DNA of 64,000 nt. It comes from Candidatus Bathyarchaeota archaeon (GTDB lineage Archaea > Thermoproteota > Bathyarchaeia > Bathyarchaeales > Bathycorpusculaceae). The DNA lies in the NCBI GenBank assembly GCA_963806535.1, contig CAWDYC010000004.1, forward strand, positions 320,001-384,000, in the 5' to 3' direction. The notes under the pieces are model-generated. The model saw nothing but the letters and a program-made list of their open reading frames with translations, was not told the DNA's origin and ran no database searches. Positions 61,641-64,000 of this stretch are shown piece by piece (the first letter of the stretch is position 1; the number at the start of each line of letters is the position of its first letter). The position numbers and the translations under genes were made by a program.

Positions 61641-62567
61641 ATGGTTAGCAAGGTTAACAACGCTGAGTTTGAGCACCTATCAGACCAGCCAGCATTAAAA
61701 TCAAAAAAATCTAAAAGAATCGGAAAAAAATTCTACGCGTCAATAACCGCCGTAATTGCAGTTGCAGTTATTGTCGGCGCTCTTATTATTCCTCAAGGCG
61801 CCGCCTCAATATCCTTAAACGTTAATTACAATGTCGGCGAAAAGATGGTTTATACTACTTCAACATCATTGGCGTTAGCTGTCAACAATTCAACATTTCC
61901 TACCAACGGAGCCTCAGCATCTAACAACGTGACCTTCTCTGGAAGGGAAACCTTGGAAGTGCTAAGCTTCGATGGCCAATTCTACACGTTGAATAACACC
62001 GTAACTATGACAGAAGGAAATATACCCTTTACTTATTCAAGCACTGAAAAAATGAACAAAACAGGCTACTCAACGATTCTTCTCAACTTGGGGAATACCT
62101 CAGAAGAGATTCCGGATAATAGCTTCACAAGCAATCAATACCTTGCTCAACTGCTAAGCAAACCTGAAGTGAAAGTTGGTGACACAGTTACCATTCCATA
62201 CGCCTCAATAGCAGCAAACCTAACGTCAAACATCCAAGTAAGCGGAGATGTAACATTGACCTTCAAGGGATTCCAAGACCTCACTGTTCCAGCAGGCACC
62301 TACAAGGTGTTCGAAGTGGATTTAACCAGTAACAATCTAATGATGACCATGCAAACATCATTGCCCTCTTCTGAAAACTCGAACGTCTTAACACCAACCA
62401 CCGTGGCCATAAACATGGGCATGAACTATCAAACGTACATAGAATACAATACGATGCGTCAAATCCAATCTGCAATGCAAGAAACCTCTACTCTTCAGTC
62501 AACGGTATTGAACTATACAATGAGCACAACAACAAATATGACACTCAACCAAGACATCACACCATAA
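61641..62567 (+). CDS. N-anchored exported protein with a DLTVPAGTY motif
   Basis: Paralog of 59733..60599: IPQGA, Y.VGEKMVY, YLAQ..SKPEVKVGD, QDLTVPAGTY. Confidence 0.8.
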   Translation: MVSKVNNAEFEHLSDQPALKSKKSKRIGKKFYASITAVIAVAVIVGALIIPQGAASISLNVNYNVGEKMVYTTSTSLALAVNNSTFPTNGASASNNVTFSGRETLEVLSFDGQFYTLNNTVTMTEGNIPFTYSSTEKMNKTGYSTILLNLGNTSEEIPDNSFTSNQYLAQLLSKPEVKVGDTVTIPYASIAANLTSNIQVSGDVTLTFKGFQDLTVPAGTYKVFEVDLTSNNLMMTMQTSLPSSENSNVLTPTTVAINMGMNYQTYIEYNTMRQIQSAMQETSTLQSTVLNYTMSTTTNMTLNQDITP

Positions 62568-62578
62568 AAAGCCCCTTG

Positions 62579-62596
62579 CTTTTTTATTTTTTTTTA
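62579..62596 (+). terminator. Oligo-T archaeal terminator
   Basis: CTTTTTTATTTTTTTTTA shortly after the stop at 62567. Confidence 0.5.
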
Positions 62597-62790
62597 TTCT
62601 CTATCTGCCTAAATGTGATGGCCGATGCTAACCTCCGTTAAGGCAAGTTTCCTTTCGCCTATTCCAATGGCGACATATATAGTCAATCATCGCAGCGCCA
62701 ACCAAAGGTCATGTTCAATTTGGTTTGAACAGTGTTCAAAAGTGTAGGCTTATACATCGCATCGCTGATTAAAATTGCAGGTGCCCAATC

Positions 62791-63612
62791 TTGAGTTTAC
62801 CTAAGAGAAGTTTGATTAAGCCAATTGTTGCAGCGGTAATACTTGTGCTTCTAATAAGTGGAATAGCCATCTTTGTTCTTCCAAAGTACATTTACATTAG
62901 CCCTTTTTCCTCGTTCTACGGTTCAGGCGTTGTTTACTACAAGACTGTAGAATATAGCACTGAAATTAATGGCAGTCAATTATCAACATACTTGGTTTCA
63001 GTTACATTGTTAAACGATGACCCAGTGAATCATTTCTCGGGTGGAAATACTAACGCTTACAGTGTTTCCAAGGCTGATTGGGATGTGATTGCCCCAGGAG
63101 ATGGTGTGAATATTAAGTTTTTACCTAACGCACACGCACAGTTGGTTAGCCAATTTCCAAACCCAGGCGGTACTCCTGCATGGCAATCGGTACCTGCAGA
63201 CTTGCCGCTTACTCTTAATGTAACTTCCAACAAACCTCAGTATACAATTGGAGAAATCGCCAACTTTACTGTTCGCTTAACAAACGACCCCGCTTTATCA
63301 AGCGGCATACCTTCCAATGTTTCACTTTCACTTTTCAAAGATTGCATATTTTATACCTTCTTAAACGGAAAAATAATTACTTCAAATGACAATCTGCTCC
63401 AATATGACAATCCTCTTGAAATCAAAACTGTAAGTCTTCAGCCAAACCAAGAGATTGACTATTCATTCAATTGGGACCTCACAAATATTCAACCAAGCAC
63501 TTGTTTTGTGCGAGCATATATCGGATACTATCCTCCATTACAGGGTCAGTCGATAACGCTGTTTAGGTCGATAACACTTACGGCAACAACGACGATTGAT
63601 GTGACTAAATAA
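62791..63612 (+). CDS. N-anchored exported protein (OB-like + Ig-like domains)
   Basis: N-terminal TM; VS..DW..I..GD.V.I; TSNKPQYTIGE...FTVRLTN...LQPNQ...F.WD Ig-like pattern. Confidence 0.72.
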   Translation: MSLPKRSLIKPIVAAVILVLLISGIAIFVLPKYIYISPFSSFYGSGVVYYKTVEYSTEINGSQLSTYLVSVTLLNDDPVNHFSGGNTNAYSVSKADWDVIAPGDGVNIKFLPNAHAQLVSQFPNPGGTPAWQSVPADLPLTLNVTSNKPQYTIGEIANFTVRLTNDPALSSGIPSNVSLSLFKDCIFYTFLNGKIITSNDNLLQYDNPLEIKTVSLQPNQEIDYSFNWDLTNIQPSTCFVRAYIGYYPPLQGQSITLFRSITLTATTTIDVTK

Positions 63613-64000
63613 ATGACAGATTCAAGCACTGCGAAGAAGAGTGAGGAGGTTTTGCATGGTAAAACTCTTCTTGTCTACCGATTCATCATAGCCCAAAACG
63701 AATCTGTCGGCGTAAGAGAAATCCAGCGGAAGCTAAAGTTTAGCAGTCCCTCTCTTGCTCAGTACCACATAGACAAACTGAAGAATGAAGGTTTAATAAA
63801 AGAGGAAACAGGCGGATACATAGCGGATAAAGTCATTTTAAAGAATCTTGTACGATTTAGAAGTATGCTGATTCCCCGTTTTTTCTTCTATTTCTTGATA
63901 TTCACTTTTGGTTCCATTGTGGAGTTGACTGTACTGCTTCCACCCATCATTACGAGGGAGTATTTAGTTGCTGTTATGTTCACGTTAGCTGCTTCTGTTG
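63613..64000 (+). CDS. Membrane-anchored wHTH regulator, family B copy 2 (runs off the window end)
   Basis: MTDSSTAKKSEEVLHGKTLLVYRFI...VGVREIQRKLKFSSPSLAQYHIDKL...PRFFFY then TM; paralog of 58342..58785. Confidence 0.85.
   Translation, partial: MTDSSTAKKSEEVLHGKTLLVYRFIIAQNESVGVREIQRKLKFSSPSLAQYHIDKLKNEGLIKEETGGYIADKVILKNLVRFRSMLIPRFFFYFLIFTFGSIVELTVLLPPIITREYLVAVMFTLAASV

Overview
This is an archaeal chromosomal window, most consistent with Ca. Bathyarchaeia. The call rests on the archaeal SRP RNA, an Rpo5 with an extra N-terminal domain, Lhr, TATA-type promoters and the style of the secreted proteins; the taxon is an inference. The first ~47 kb is mostly housekeeping or metabolic: Lhr helicase, thiolase/DUF35, a tungstate/molybdate ABC transporter with ModE, rpo5, tRNA-Lys(CTT), a trpEGDCBA operon without trpF, SRP RNA and signal peptidase I. 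It also holds two large defence/signalling candidates: an AT-rich NTPase-wHTH-TPR protein with an Sm-like tail, and a DUF4011 helicase of the Hhe architecture. The 48-54 kb stretch is mobile-element debris: two terminase-large-subunit remnants, two VapBC pairs, a truncated IS1182-family transposase, a related ~130 bp MITE and a tRNA 3'-end (att-like) fragment. From 52.7 to 64 kb there is an array of membrane-anchored winged-helix regulators from two paralogous families, interleaved with exported or membrane-anchored proteins. Each family co-occurs with its own palindrome at a promoter-proximal position: TTTGAC-N10-GTCAAA (4 copies) and GTTC-N8-GAAC (2-3 copies). This array is the best candidate for an undescribed envelope-sensing regulatory system. 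Several genes (tupA/B, TMEM175, trpE, relE and others) carry clustered 1-nt indels that are probably sequencing or assembly errors. All product calls come from motif recognition; no database searches were run.
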